Shown: positions 19,112-27,215, numbered from the stretch's first letter. The stretch: 64,000 nucleotides of DNA from Candidatus Nomurabacteria bacterium (GCA_026396015.1 JAPLXP010000011.1:15897-79896); one strand, 5' to 3'. Numbers and translations: made by a program. The notes: generated by a model from the letters alone, not told the origin.

Positions 19112-21793
19112 ATGGCACTCCATCAAAAATTTCCAAAATCTCCGTATACTATTCTTGATCCAGCAATTCGCTGGTTTCCTGCTGATGAAAATCTTAGAGA
19201 CAAGGGCTACGAAAAATTACTTCCGCCGCTTGTAGCAGAACTTCGAAAGAAGATAAAAGAGTGGCGTCTTTCTGAATACGAAGGAGCTAGTGAAACTAGT
19301 AAAGCACTTTTGAAATGGTGGTTCTTAACAGACCATCCAACTCCAACTAAAGATGGTGAGATGTTTCTTTTTCAATACTATTTTGCTCAACGTGAAGCAG
19401 TAGAAACTGTTATCTGGCTATATGAAGTAGCTAAAGCTCATGATAAATATGATCTTATACGTTTTGATACATCAGGAGCAATATCACCGGGAATGTTTGA
19501 CGAGACTTGGACTCGGTATATCGTGAAGATGGCAACTGGTTCAGGAAAAACAAAAGTATTGAGTCTTATTCTCGCATGGAGTTATTTTCATAAACTCTAC
19601 GAAAAAGATTCCGAGCTTGCTCGTAACTTTTTAGTAATCGCCCCAAACATCATTGTATTGGATCGAATACGTACAGACTTTGATGGTCTTAAAATTTTCT
19701 TTGCCGATCCAGTTGTTCCAGACAATGGATACCGAGGTCAAGAATGGCGTAACGACTTTCAACTTACTCTTCATATTCAAGATGAAATCGGAACTGTAAG
19801 AAAAACGGGTAATATTTTTCTTACCAACATTCACCGTGTTTATGATGGTGCTACAGAATCTGCTAGTTTTGAAGATGGAGATACGATGGACTACTTTCTT
19901 GGTAAAAAGCCCACAGGTGCAACCAATGAATCGAAATTAGATCTTGGAGATATTGTACGCAACATTGATGAGCTTGTTGTCTTAAATGATGAAGCACACC
20001 ATATTCACGATCCGAGACTTGCATGGTTCAAGGCTATTGAAGATATTCATAACCGCCTTAAAATGAAGGGGGGTAAGTTAGGTTTGCAAGTAGATGTTAC
20101 AGCAACTCCAAAACATACCAATGGATCAATCTTCGTTCAGACGGTTAGTGACTACCCACTTGTGGAAGCAATTCATCAAAACGTAGTGAAGCATCCGGTT
20201 CTGCCCGATCCAGCAAGTCGCGCAAAATTACAAGAACATAAGACATCAAATTACACTGAAAAATACAAGGATTACATCCACCTTGGATATTTGGAATGGA
20301 AAAAAGTCTATGATGAGCATCTTAAGCTAAATAAGAAATCGGTACTCTTTATCATGACTGACGATACAAAAAACTGTGACGAAGTGGCTGAATATCTTGA
20401 AAACACCTACCCCGATCTCAAAGATGCTGTTCTTGTGATTCACACAAAAGACAACGGTGAAATCTCAGAAAGTGCTACAGGGAAAAAAGAAGAGGAGCTC
20501 AAGGAACTCCGTAAAAATGCCAATACAATCGATCACCTCGACAATCCATATAAAGTTATTGTTTCCGTGCTTATGCTTAAAGAAGGATGGGATGTTAGAA
20601 ATGTGACTACGATTGTAGGCTTGCGCGCATACAGCTCCAAAAGCAACATCCTACCAGAGCAGACACTTGGTAGAGGTCTTCGTCGAATGTATCGCGATCC
20701 TGATCTAGCTGAAATGGTGAGCGTTGTCGGTACTGATGCCTTTATGGATTTCGTAGAATCAATTAAAAGTGAGGGTGTTGAACTTGAACATCGTAAAATG
20801 GGTGAAGGAACAGGTCCGAAAGCACCACTTGTAGTTGAAATTGACCGTGAGAATATGAAAAAGAATATTGAAGAATTGGAGATCGAGATACCTGTGCTGA
20901 CACCCCGTATCTATCGAGAATATAAAAATCTCTCCCAGCTCGATGTACCAAAATTTAGTCATCAAAAGATTAATACTAAAGAATTTACTGAGGAGGAAAA
21001 ACGTGAGATCGTCTTCCGAGATATAACAAGTGGCGACATAACACATAAAACGGAATTGGATAGTAATTTTATACCAAATTACCAGAGCGTGATTGGTTAT
21101 TTTACACAGGTAGTAATGAAGGAACTTAGACTGGTAAGTGGGTATGACGTTCTATATGGTAAGGTCAAAGAATTTATTCAAGATCATCTTTTTACAAAAC
21201 CTATTGAGCTTGAAAACTTAAACTCACTTCGTAATCTATCGGAAATAGAAGCTTCCCGTACTATTATTGAGACATTCAAAAAAGAGATTAATGCTCTTAC
21301 GGTCCTTGATAAAGGGGAGGCTGAGATCCGCGATTATATAAAAATCAGCAAGAGTCGTCCCTTTGTGGTAAAGGATCAGGGTTATATTGTTCCGAAAAAA
21401 AGTGTCTTTAATAAAATTATAGGTGACAGTCATTTAGAGCTTGAATTTGCGAGTTTTCTTGAGGGATGTGACGATATAATCTCATACGCAAAAAACTATT
21501 TTGCTGTTCACTTCAAGATTGATTATAAAAATGCTGACGGTAGTATTTCTGATTATTACCCAGATTTTATTGTAAAAGTCTCAGCCAAAGAATACTACGT
21601 AGTTGAGACGAAAGGTCGGGAAGATTTGGATGATATAGAGAAAATCAAACGCCTGAAACAGTGGTGTGATGATGTGAATGCAAATCAACGCGATGCAAAG
21701 TACAACATGCTTTATATCAAGCAGGAAGACTGGGAAGCACAGCAACAAAAGCCTCGAAACTTTAGAGAAGTCATTCGAGGATGGAGTAAATAA
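19112..21793 (+). CDS. res: Type III R-M restriction subunit (Res)
   Basis: MATGSGKT, NDEAHH, TATP, LKEGWD, QTLGRGLR; C-terminal YPDF..VETKG nuclease motif. Confidence 0.9.
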   Translation: MALHQKFPKSPYTILDPAIRWFPADENLRDKGYEKLLPPLVAELRKKIKEWRLSEYEGASETSKALLKWWFLTDHPTPTKDGEMFLFQYYFAQREAVETVIWLYEVAKAHDKYDLIRFDTSGAISPGMFDETWTRYIVKMATGSGKTKVLSLILAWSYFHKLYEKDSELARNFLVIAPNIIVLDRIRTDFDGLKIFFADPVVPDNGYRGQEWRNDFQLTLHIQDEIGTVRKTGNIFLTNIHRVYDGATESASFEDGDTMDYFLGKKPTGATNESKLDLGDIVRNIDELVVLNDEAHHIHDPRLAWFKAIEDIHNRLKMKGGKLGLQVDVTATPKHTNGSIFVQTVSDYPLVEAIHQNVVKHPVLPDPASRAKLQEHKTSNYTEKYKDYIHLGYLEWKKVYDEHLKLNKKSVLFIMTDDTKNCDEVAEYLENTYPDLKDAVLVIHTKDNGEISESATGKKEEELKELRKNANTIDHLDNPYKVIVSVLMLKEGWDVRNVTTIVGLRAYSSKSNILPEQTLGRGLRRMYRDPDLAEMVSVVGTDAFMDFVESIKSEGVELEHRKMGEGTGPKAPLVVEIDRENMKKNIEELEIEIPVLTPRIYREYKNLSQLDVPKFSHQKINTKEFTEEEKREIVFRDITSGDITHKTELDSNFIPNYQSVIGYFTQVVMKELRLVSGYDVLYGKVKEFIQDHLFTKPIELENLNSLRNLSEIEASRTIIETFKKEINALTVLDKGEAEIRDYIKISKSRPFVVKDQGYIVPKKSVFNKIIGDSHLELEFASFLEGCDDIISYAKNYFAVHFKIDYKNADGSISDYYPDFIVKVSAKEYYVVETKGREDLDDIEKIKRLKQWCDDVNANQRDAKYNMLYIKQEDWEAQQQKPRNFREVIRGWSK

Positions 21794-21794
21794 T

Positions 21795-24590
21795 ATGGAT
21801 AAAGGTACACACTTCTATAAATGCGATTTTCAGGTACATACTCCACGGGATGCAAACTGGGTAGGTACTGAAGCCACCACACAAGCAGAACGTAAAACTT
21901 ATGCAGAGGAGCTTATTCAGTCGTGTCGTATAAAAGGCATTGGAGCAATTGCAATAACCGACCATCACGATTTTACTTTTTTCCCTTATGTTAAAGCAGC
22001 TTCAGTTTCTGAAGTGGATGCGGTAGGAAGTCCTATTCCAAAACGAGATCAAATAGTTGTCTTTCCCGGCATCGAATTAACCCTTTCCTCGCCACCTTGC
22101 CAAGCCATTCTATTGTTAGATTCAGAATTTGATGAAACAAAATTCGGTGATATTCTCACAACCCTTACTATCGCTCCTACCGATAAGGTAAAAAGTAAAT
22201 TAGCAAGCGTAGATTCTGTATCACCAGCATCAATAACTGGATTTAATGACCTAGAGAATAAGCTTAATCAGCATGCATGGCTGAAAGGTAAATTTATCAT
22301 ACTTCCAAATGTTACTACTGCTGGACATAAAACACTTTTTCGTGATGGGTATGCAAAACACTATAAAGAGATGCGGTGTGTAGGAGGATATGTGGATGGC
22401 GATTATTCAAAATCAAGTGATGGCTATAAAAATATCCTAGAAGGTCGTCAACAAAATAATGGCTATAAATCCATTGCTGTTTTTCAGACCTCAGATAACC
22501 GCAAGCGTGATCATTCTGATCTTGGAACCTATATCACTTACGTTAAATGGTCAGAACCAACTGCTGAAGCGTTGCGACAGGCGTGCCTAGCAAAAGAATC
22601 ACGACTCTCTCTTGCTGAGCCAGAGCTTCCTAGCGTATGGATTACATCTGTCACAGTTTCAAATTCTAAGTTCCTTGGACGTGTTGATTTAGATTTAAAC
22701 CAACAATACAACGCCATCATCGGTGGGCGTGGAACTGGTAAATCCACAATCCTAGAATATTTACGCTGGGGTCTTTGTGATCAACCAATAGAAAGCGAGG
22801 ATATGGATATTGTACAAAATAAGCGCAAGAATTTAATCGATAATACGCTACAGAAATTTGATGGAGAAGTGCATGTTGAATTTCTTCTCAACGATGTGAA
22901 TCATATTGTAAAACGAAACTCAAAGAAACAAGAGATTTTGCTTAAAATTGCCGATGGAGATTTTGCTCCAGCTACTGAACAACAAGTAAGAAATTTGCTT
23001 CCAATTCAAGCGTACAGTCAGAAACAACTGAGTAGTGTTGGTGTGAGAATTGATGAGTTAAAACGCTTTGTAGAGCTTCCGATAAAACAAGAACTTGATC
23101 AGATTCGATCCGATGTTCGTGATAATGCTGCTAAAATGCGGTCATCATACGGTGATCTTATCCGAATGAGTGAGATCGAGACTGAAGTTGAAAAAAATAA
23201 TGTTGAAATTGCTTCAGTAACTGAGCAGCTTGATAAGTTAAGAAAAAGCCTCAAGGGTTTGTCTAAAGAAGATCAGAAGACCATCAACCAGAAAGCAAAA
23301 TACGATGAGGAAGAAACTATTATTGGTGATTTACAGAATGAACTCTCAACAGCACAAGGAAGTGTTGAGTCGTTAGAGGCAGAATTTTATAAAGATGTAG
23401 CGACACAAGAGGAAGAAGCTGAACTAGAAAACACGGCGATCATCAAAGATATCAAGAAAAAGTTTGCATCAAAGTTTGTGGAGATAAAAGCGGGGGTTGG
23501 AGCATTATCTAGCTTATTTAAACCAGCATCATTAAAAGATATAAATGATGCAATTAAGGCTTGGAATAAACTCAAGGTGGCGTTTGACAAAAAATACGAG
23601 GCGGCGAAAGTAAAAGCAAAAGTTAATCAGCAACAACTAGATCAAATACAAATACATGAAAAGCGTATCGGTATACTTAAGAAGCAACAAACCGATAAAC
23701 GTAATGCTATTACAGCTCTGGGAAATCCTGAGGCTACCTATAAAGGCTTACGTACAAAATGGGATACTTTACATAACCTAAAAGTTGTAGCCATTGAGAA
23801 ACAATGTGAGCAATTTACTGCTCTTTCTGGTGGATTGATTAAGGCGGAAATTAAAAATAGTCTTGATGTTGATGGTTTTACACAACAACTCAAAACAGCT
23901 TTTTCTGGTATGAATATCAAGGAGGATAAAATTGAAAAAATCTGTAAGATTTTGCTTGAAGCAACTGATCCGTTCACAGAATGGAATAACATATTATCAG
24001 AACTCAGATCCCTCGCTCTCTATTCTGATGAAGGAAATGATGCCTTACCAGAAACACCTATACTTAATGGTAAGTGTTTCTTTATTAATACAGAATTAAA
24101 GAGGATTGCGACCCAGTTTGATTCCGCTCGCTGGATTAATCTTTCCATGGCAGAATTGGAATTCAATCCAAAATTCCACTATTGCACAAATAAAACAAAG
24201 GATGAATACATAGAATTTTCTGATGCATCGGCTGGTCAACAAGCTACCGCCTTACTTACTGTACTTTTGAATCAGCCGGGAGCTCCTCTTATTATTGATC
24301 AACCAGAAGATGATATTGATAGTAAGATGATCAAAGAAATTATTGAACGAGTGTGGAAAGCAAAAAGTAAACGTCAACTTATCTTTGCCAGCCATAGTGC
24401 AAATTTTGTCGTCAACGGAGATGCAGAGCTGGTAGTTTGTTGCGACTACGTCAAAGCAGGAGATCAGACACACGGTGTAATTAAAGCAATTGGCGCAATT
24501 GATAATGCCATAATTAAAGAAGAAATTACCTTAGTTACTGAAGGCGGTCGACAAGCATTCAAGCTTCGTATGGATAAATATGGTTTTTAA
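21795..24590 (+). CDS. PHP-domain plus SMC-like ABC ATPase fusion (Ppl/TrlF-like defence protein)
   Basis: DFQVHTP, AITDHH, GIEL (PHP); GGRGTGKST, long coiled coil, SAGQ, IIDQPEDD, ASHS (ABC). Start taken at ATG 21795, just after the Res stop. Confidence 0.85.
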   Translation: MDKGTHFYKCDFQVHTPRDANWVGTEATTQAERKTYAEELIQSCRIKGIGAIAITDHHDFTFFPYVKAASVSEVDAVGSPIPKRDQIVVFPGIELTLSSPPCQAILLLDSEFDETKFGDILTTLTIAPTDKVKSKLASVDSVSPASITGFNDLENKLNQHAWLKGKFIILPNVTTAGHKTLFRDGYAKHYKEMRCVGGYVDGDYSKSSDGYKNILEGRQQNNGYKSIAVFQTSDNRKRDHSDLGTYITYVKWSEPTAEALRQACLAKESRLSLAEPELPSVWITSVTVSNSKFLGRVDLDLNQQYNAIIGGRGTGKSTILEYLRWGLCDQPIESEDMDIVQNKRKNLIDNTLQKFDGEVHVEFLLNDVNHIVKRNSKKQEILLKIADGDFAPATEQQVRNLLPIQAYSQKQLSSVGVRIDELKRFVELPIKQELDQIRSDVRDNAAKMRSSYGDLIRMSEIETEVEKNNVEIASVTEQLDKLRKSLKGLSKEDQKTINQKAKYDEEETIIGDLQNELSTAQGSVESLEAEFYKDVATQEEEAELENTAIIKDIKKKFASKFVEIKAGVGALSSLFKPASLKDINDAIKAWNKLKVAFDKKYEAAKVKAKVNQQQLDQIQIHEKRIGILKKQQTDKRNAITALGNPEATYKGLRTKWDTLHNLKVVAIEKQCEQFTALSGGLIKAEIKNSLDVDGFTQQLKTAFSGMNIKEDKIEKICKILLEATDPFTEWNNILSELRSLALYSDEGNDALPETPILNGKCFFINTELKRIATQFDSARWINLSMAELEFNPKFHYCTNKTKDEYIEFSDASAGQQATALLTVLLNQPGAPLIIDQPEDDIDSKMIKEIIERVWKAKSKRQLIFASHSANFVVNGDAELVVCCDYVKAGDQTHGVIKAIGAIDNAIIKEEITLVTEGGRQAFKLRMDKYGF

Positions 24591-24604
24591 TCTTAAATAA
24601 AGAT

Positions 24605-25357
24605 ATGTCTGAATACTACAACGCAAACAGAACACGAAACATTTACGATCCAGCCAGTTTGGAGCCTTTCAAGTTGTCACGGTCCAAGATCGAGGGGTAC
24701 ATGAACTGTCCAAAGTGCTTTTATATGGATCGTAGACTTGGCGTGGGGCAACCACCGGGCTTCCCATTTGCCCTTAATTCGGCCGTAGACCACCTTCTAA
24801 AGAAAGAATTCGACATACACAGGGCTAAGCAGGTCCCGCACCCGCTTATGAAGGCGTACGGCCTTGATATGGTCCCTTTTCAGCATGAAAAGCTGAATGA
24901 GTGGCGCGAGAATTTCAAAGGCATCCAGTACCACCACGAGCCTACAAATTTTATAATGACAGGAGCTGTTGATGACTTGTGGGTCAATAGGGAAGGGGAG
25001 GTCACTGTAGTTGACTATAAAGCTACAAGCAAACCAGCGAAGGTGACACTCGATGCTGATTGGCAGATCGGATACAAACGACAAATGGAAATGTACCAGT
25101 GGCTACTTCGCAAGATTGGATTGAAAGTTTCCGACACTGGATATTTTGTATACTGCAATGGAAAAACAGATCGTGAAGCGTTCGATGGAAAACTAGATTT
25201 TGATATTGATCTTCTTCCATACACTGGCGATGATTCATGGGTGGGTGGAATTTTACATGAAATAAAACAGTGTCTTGATGGTGACATGCCCGAGTCGGGT
25301 CTTTCATGTGATTATTGTAGTTACAGAAAAGCTGCAAATCTCGTTGATCGAAAATAA
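24605..25357 (+). CDS. PD-(D/E)XK nuclease (RecB/Cas4-like)
   Basis: LSRSKI..CPKC, GAVDD, VVDYKAT, QMEMYQW, C-terminal CDYC. Confidence 0.87.
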   Translation: MSEYYNANRTRNIYDPASLEPFKLSRSKIEGYMNCPKCFYMDRRLGVGQPPGFPFALNSAVDHLLKKEFDIHRAKQVPHPLMKAYGLDMVPFQHEKLNEWRENFKGIQYHHEPTNFIMTGAVDDLWVNREGEVTVVDYKATSKPAKVTLDADWQIGYKRQMEMYQWLLRKIGLKVSDTGYFVYCNGKTDREAFDGKLDFDIDLLPYTGDDSWVGGILHEIKQCLDGDMPESGLSCDYCSYRKAANLVDRK

Positions 25358-25364
25358 TAAATAT

Positions 25365-25520
25365 ATGTTAGAAGATAAAGATCCAGAAGAAATAATAGAG
25401 ATTGCCGAAATAGCTCAAAACCAAGGCTTAGACATTGAAGATGCCGAAAAAGTAAAAGAACTTATGGATGAAGAAGGTCTTGATGAGGATGAGGCTTCTG
25501 AACTGATTGATTTACTATAA
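25365..25520 (+). CDS. Very acidic 51-aa protein
   Basis: MLEDKDPEEIIEIAEIAQNQGLDIEDAEKVKELMDEEGLDEDEASELIDLL; 21 D/E versus 3 K; ATG in A/T-rich context 7 nt after the nuclease stop. Confidence 0.7.
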   Translation: MLEDKDPEEIIEIAEIAQNQGLDIEDAEKVKELMDEEGLDEDEASELIDLL

Positions 25521-25526
25521 TTCTAA

Positions 25527-25595
25527 AATGTGGGAGTTTATCCACAGTATCCTTTATTTGCTTGTGTTTGCTTTTTATAAATGTGGGAGTATAAT
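25527..25595 (+). promoter_or_regulatory. Recombinase promoter with two AATGTGGGAGT sites and a DnaA box
   Basis: AATGTGGGAGT at 25527 and 25580; TTATCCACA at 25538-25546; TTGCTT-16-TATAAT (25568-25595). Confidence 0.65.
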
Positions 25596-25601
25596 CAAAA
25601 T

Positions 25602-25812
25602 ACCTGATGATCTTGTGCTCGTGCCAGAGCAGGGAAGTAGGGGGAGTCTAAAAAACTCATTATAAGTATGGCCTCTGTCCCAGTCAGGGATAGCCCACAG
25701 TAGGCGTTGATAACCGGATCAAAGCCTTCTTTCGTTCCGAGGTGTGGGAGTTAAAGATGTTGTTCTCGGAAAACAATCCTAGAACTCTCAAACCAAAAGG
25801 CTTTTAATCAAC
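25602..25812 (+). ncRNA. Putative structured RNA / 5' leader of the recombinase gene, family unknown
   Basis: Nested stems GTTGAT/ATCAAC, AAAGCCTT/AAGGCTTT, GGGAGTT/AACTCTC, TTGTT/AACAA; loop CTCGGAA complementary to bulge TTCCGAG; further 5' hairpins. Confidence 0.6.
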
Positions 25813-25827
25813 TAATAAAAAAACTTT

Positions 25828-26760
25828 ATGTTACTTCGAGATGCAATTGAAAATTATTTGCTCTGGAAGGGAACGGAGACTCGCACAGCCGCGAAAGTCT
25901 ACCGACCATTCCTCGAGCATTTCTACAGCTTTGTTGGTAATAAAGATACTCTCGAAATAAAGCTCGAGGAGATCTCAGCGTTCCGAGCGTCATTGAAATT
26001 AAAATACAATGATGGCAATATTTCCAACCACAACAATGTGATCAAGAACTTCTACAAATGGTTAGAAGCGAATCGTATAACTACGGTCCACCCATTCTTG
26101 ATCCGTAACCCAAGGTTCCAACAACCGGAACGACCAGTAGCAACACCTGAAGAAGTCGCGAAGATGTGCGCAACTCTCAATCCAAATTCTTATAGTGATT
26201 TGATGAGGCTTGTAGCAATCAAACTCATGTGGGAATCAATGATACGCGTTAGTGAGCTTATAGACCTAAATGTTAGCGACATACTGTCGCAAAATACATA
26301 CACGGAAATAATAGGCAAGAAGAATTATAAGAAACGATGGATTATGTGGTCGCCAGAAACCCATCAACTCCTACTTCAATATATAGCAAAGAGAAAAATG
26401 TTGTTCGAACACGAAGCATTATTCGCACACGAAAGTGCTGGTGTCAGTCAACGAATGGCTACTAGAAGTGTTGAACGATGGATGAAGATCGCGCGAGAAA
26501 AAGCAAAACTGACTCAAGACATATCTTGTCACGCATTGCGACATGGTGGTGCTCATGAGTTAGTAAAGAAAGGTGCGAGTCTGAAATTCTTAGGATTGAT
26601 TCTAGGACATTCAGATACGAACCCTCGAGCGGGAATGCAATACCTCCGATTCAGTAAAGAAGAATCACTAGATGTTGTGGAAAGATTTGTGGGACTTAGA
26701 TTCTCAAGAAATGTTTCCGAGCCTCTAGGTATAGCATTTAATGCCTACAACATGGTTTAA
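25828..26760 (+). CDS. Tyrosine recombinase, Xer-like (probable prophage integrase)
   Basis: IRVSE, GKK, HALRH, LGHS, MQY: complete R-K-H-R-H-Y set; 310 aa with no room for an arm-binding domain. Confidence 0.92.
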   Translation: MLLRDAIENYLLWKGTETRTAAKVYRPFLEHFYSFVGNKDTLEIKLEEISAFRASLKLKYNDGNISNHNNVIKNFYKWLEANRITTVHPFLIRNPRFQQPERPVATPEEVAKMCATLNPNSYSDLMRLVAIKLMWESMIRVSELIDLNVSDILSQNTYTEIIGKKNYKKRWIMWSPETHQLLLQYIAKRKMLFEHEALFAHESAGVSQRMATRSVERWMKIAREKAKLTQDISCHALRHGGAHELVKKGASLKFLGLILGHSDTNPRAGMQYLRFSKEESLDVVERFVGLRFSRNVSEPLGIAFNAYNMV

Positions 26761-26766
26761 GCTGAT

Positions 26767-26801
26767 TTGTGAATGTGGGAGTTTTGTGCTAAATTGGACT
26801 A
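26767..26801 (+). promoter_or_regulatory. Promoter of a leaderless HTH gene, containing a third AATGTGGGAGT site
   Basis: TTGTGA-17-TAAATT with TG extension; ATG 6 nt after the -10; AATGTGGGAGT at 26772-26782. Confidence 0.55.
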
Positions 26802-26996
26802 ATGAGCAGTACGAGTATACCGAAAGCCAAGGGCGGTCGCGGGAAAGTTGAATTACTACGAAATAAAGCGATCGTAACCCTATATGAGACAGATCCAAAG
26901 AGCTACAACACAAACACGTTGGGGAAGCTATTTAGCCGTGACAGGAAGACCGTAAAGGGTATTCTGGAGAGATTTGCACCTTCAAAGCAGAAATAG
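26802..26996 (+). CDS. Small basic HTH protein (regulator or recombination directionality factor)
   Basis: 64 aa; RNKAIVTLY..YNTNTLGKLFSRDRKTVKGILERF fits an HTH. Confidence 0.7.
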   Translation: MSSTSIPKAKGGRGKVELLRNKAIVTLYETDPKSYNTNTLGKLFSRDRKTVKGILERFAPSKQK

Positions 26997-27044
26997 CCGA
27001 TTCTAGTTTATCCACTCATTGACGACGGAACTAGGGAAATGCGC

Positions 27045-27095
27045 TTGCTATATAAAAGTCATTGGTTTATGCTGTATGTGTAGATCCTTGAAAAC
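27045..27095 (+). promoter_or_regulatory. Outward-facing promoter followed by a boxA-like sequence
   Basis: TTGCTA-17-TATGCT (27045-27073); GATCCTTGAAAAC (27083-27095). Confidence 0.4.
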
Positions 27096-27170
27096 TCAAA
27101 TCCTCCACGAAACTCGGGTGTAGGGGAGACTTTTATAAAGCCGCATTTAGCGGCATAAAGAATACGACAC

Positions 27171-27200
27171 AGTGTCGCACAATATATCTTTTACGACACT
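27171..27200. other. dif-like recombination site (candidate attR / chromosome dimer resolution site)
   Basis: A-GTGTCGCACAA-TATATC-TTTTACGACAC-T: 11-6-11 imperfect palindrome resembling the XerC half of E. coli dif; lies where gene orientation switches. Confidence 0.72.
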
Positions 27201-27215
27201 ATATAATAAAATAAA

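Larger units (their letters stand above)
1..27200 (+). mobile_element. Prophage (siphovirus-like, HK97-type head); left part lies outside the window, right end at a dif-like site
   Basis: Contiguous + strand head-neck-tail-lysis gene order, then defence cargo and a tyrosine recombinase; housekeeping genes on the - strand begin after 27.2 kb. Confidence 0.93.

Noticed and set aside
21678-21794. 39-aa N-terminal extension of the PHP-ATPase in the ORF track
   Set aside because: It overlaps the Res C-terminus; ATG 21795 follows the Res stop and precedes the first PHP motif.
25602-25700. Hammerhead ribozyme (CTGATGA) or cobalamin riboswitch (AGGGAA..AGTCAGG)
   Set aside because: No GAAA after the would-be stem II and no clear CCCGCnACTGT core; resemblance is only partial.
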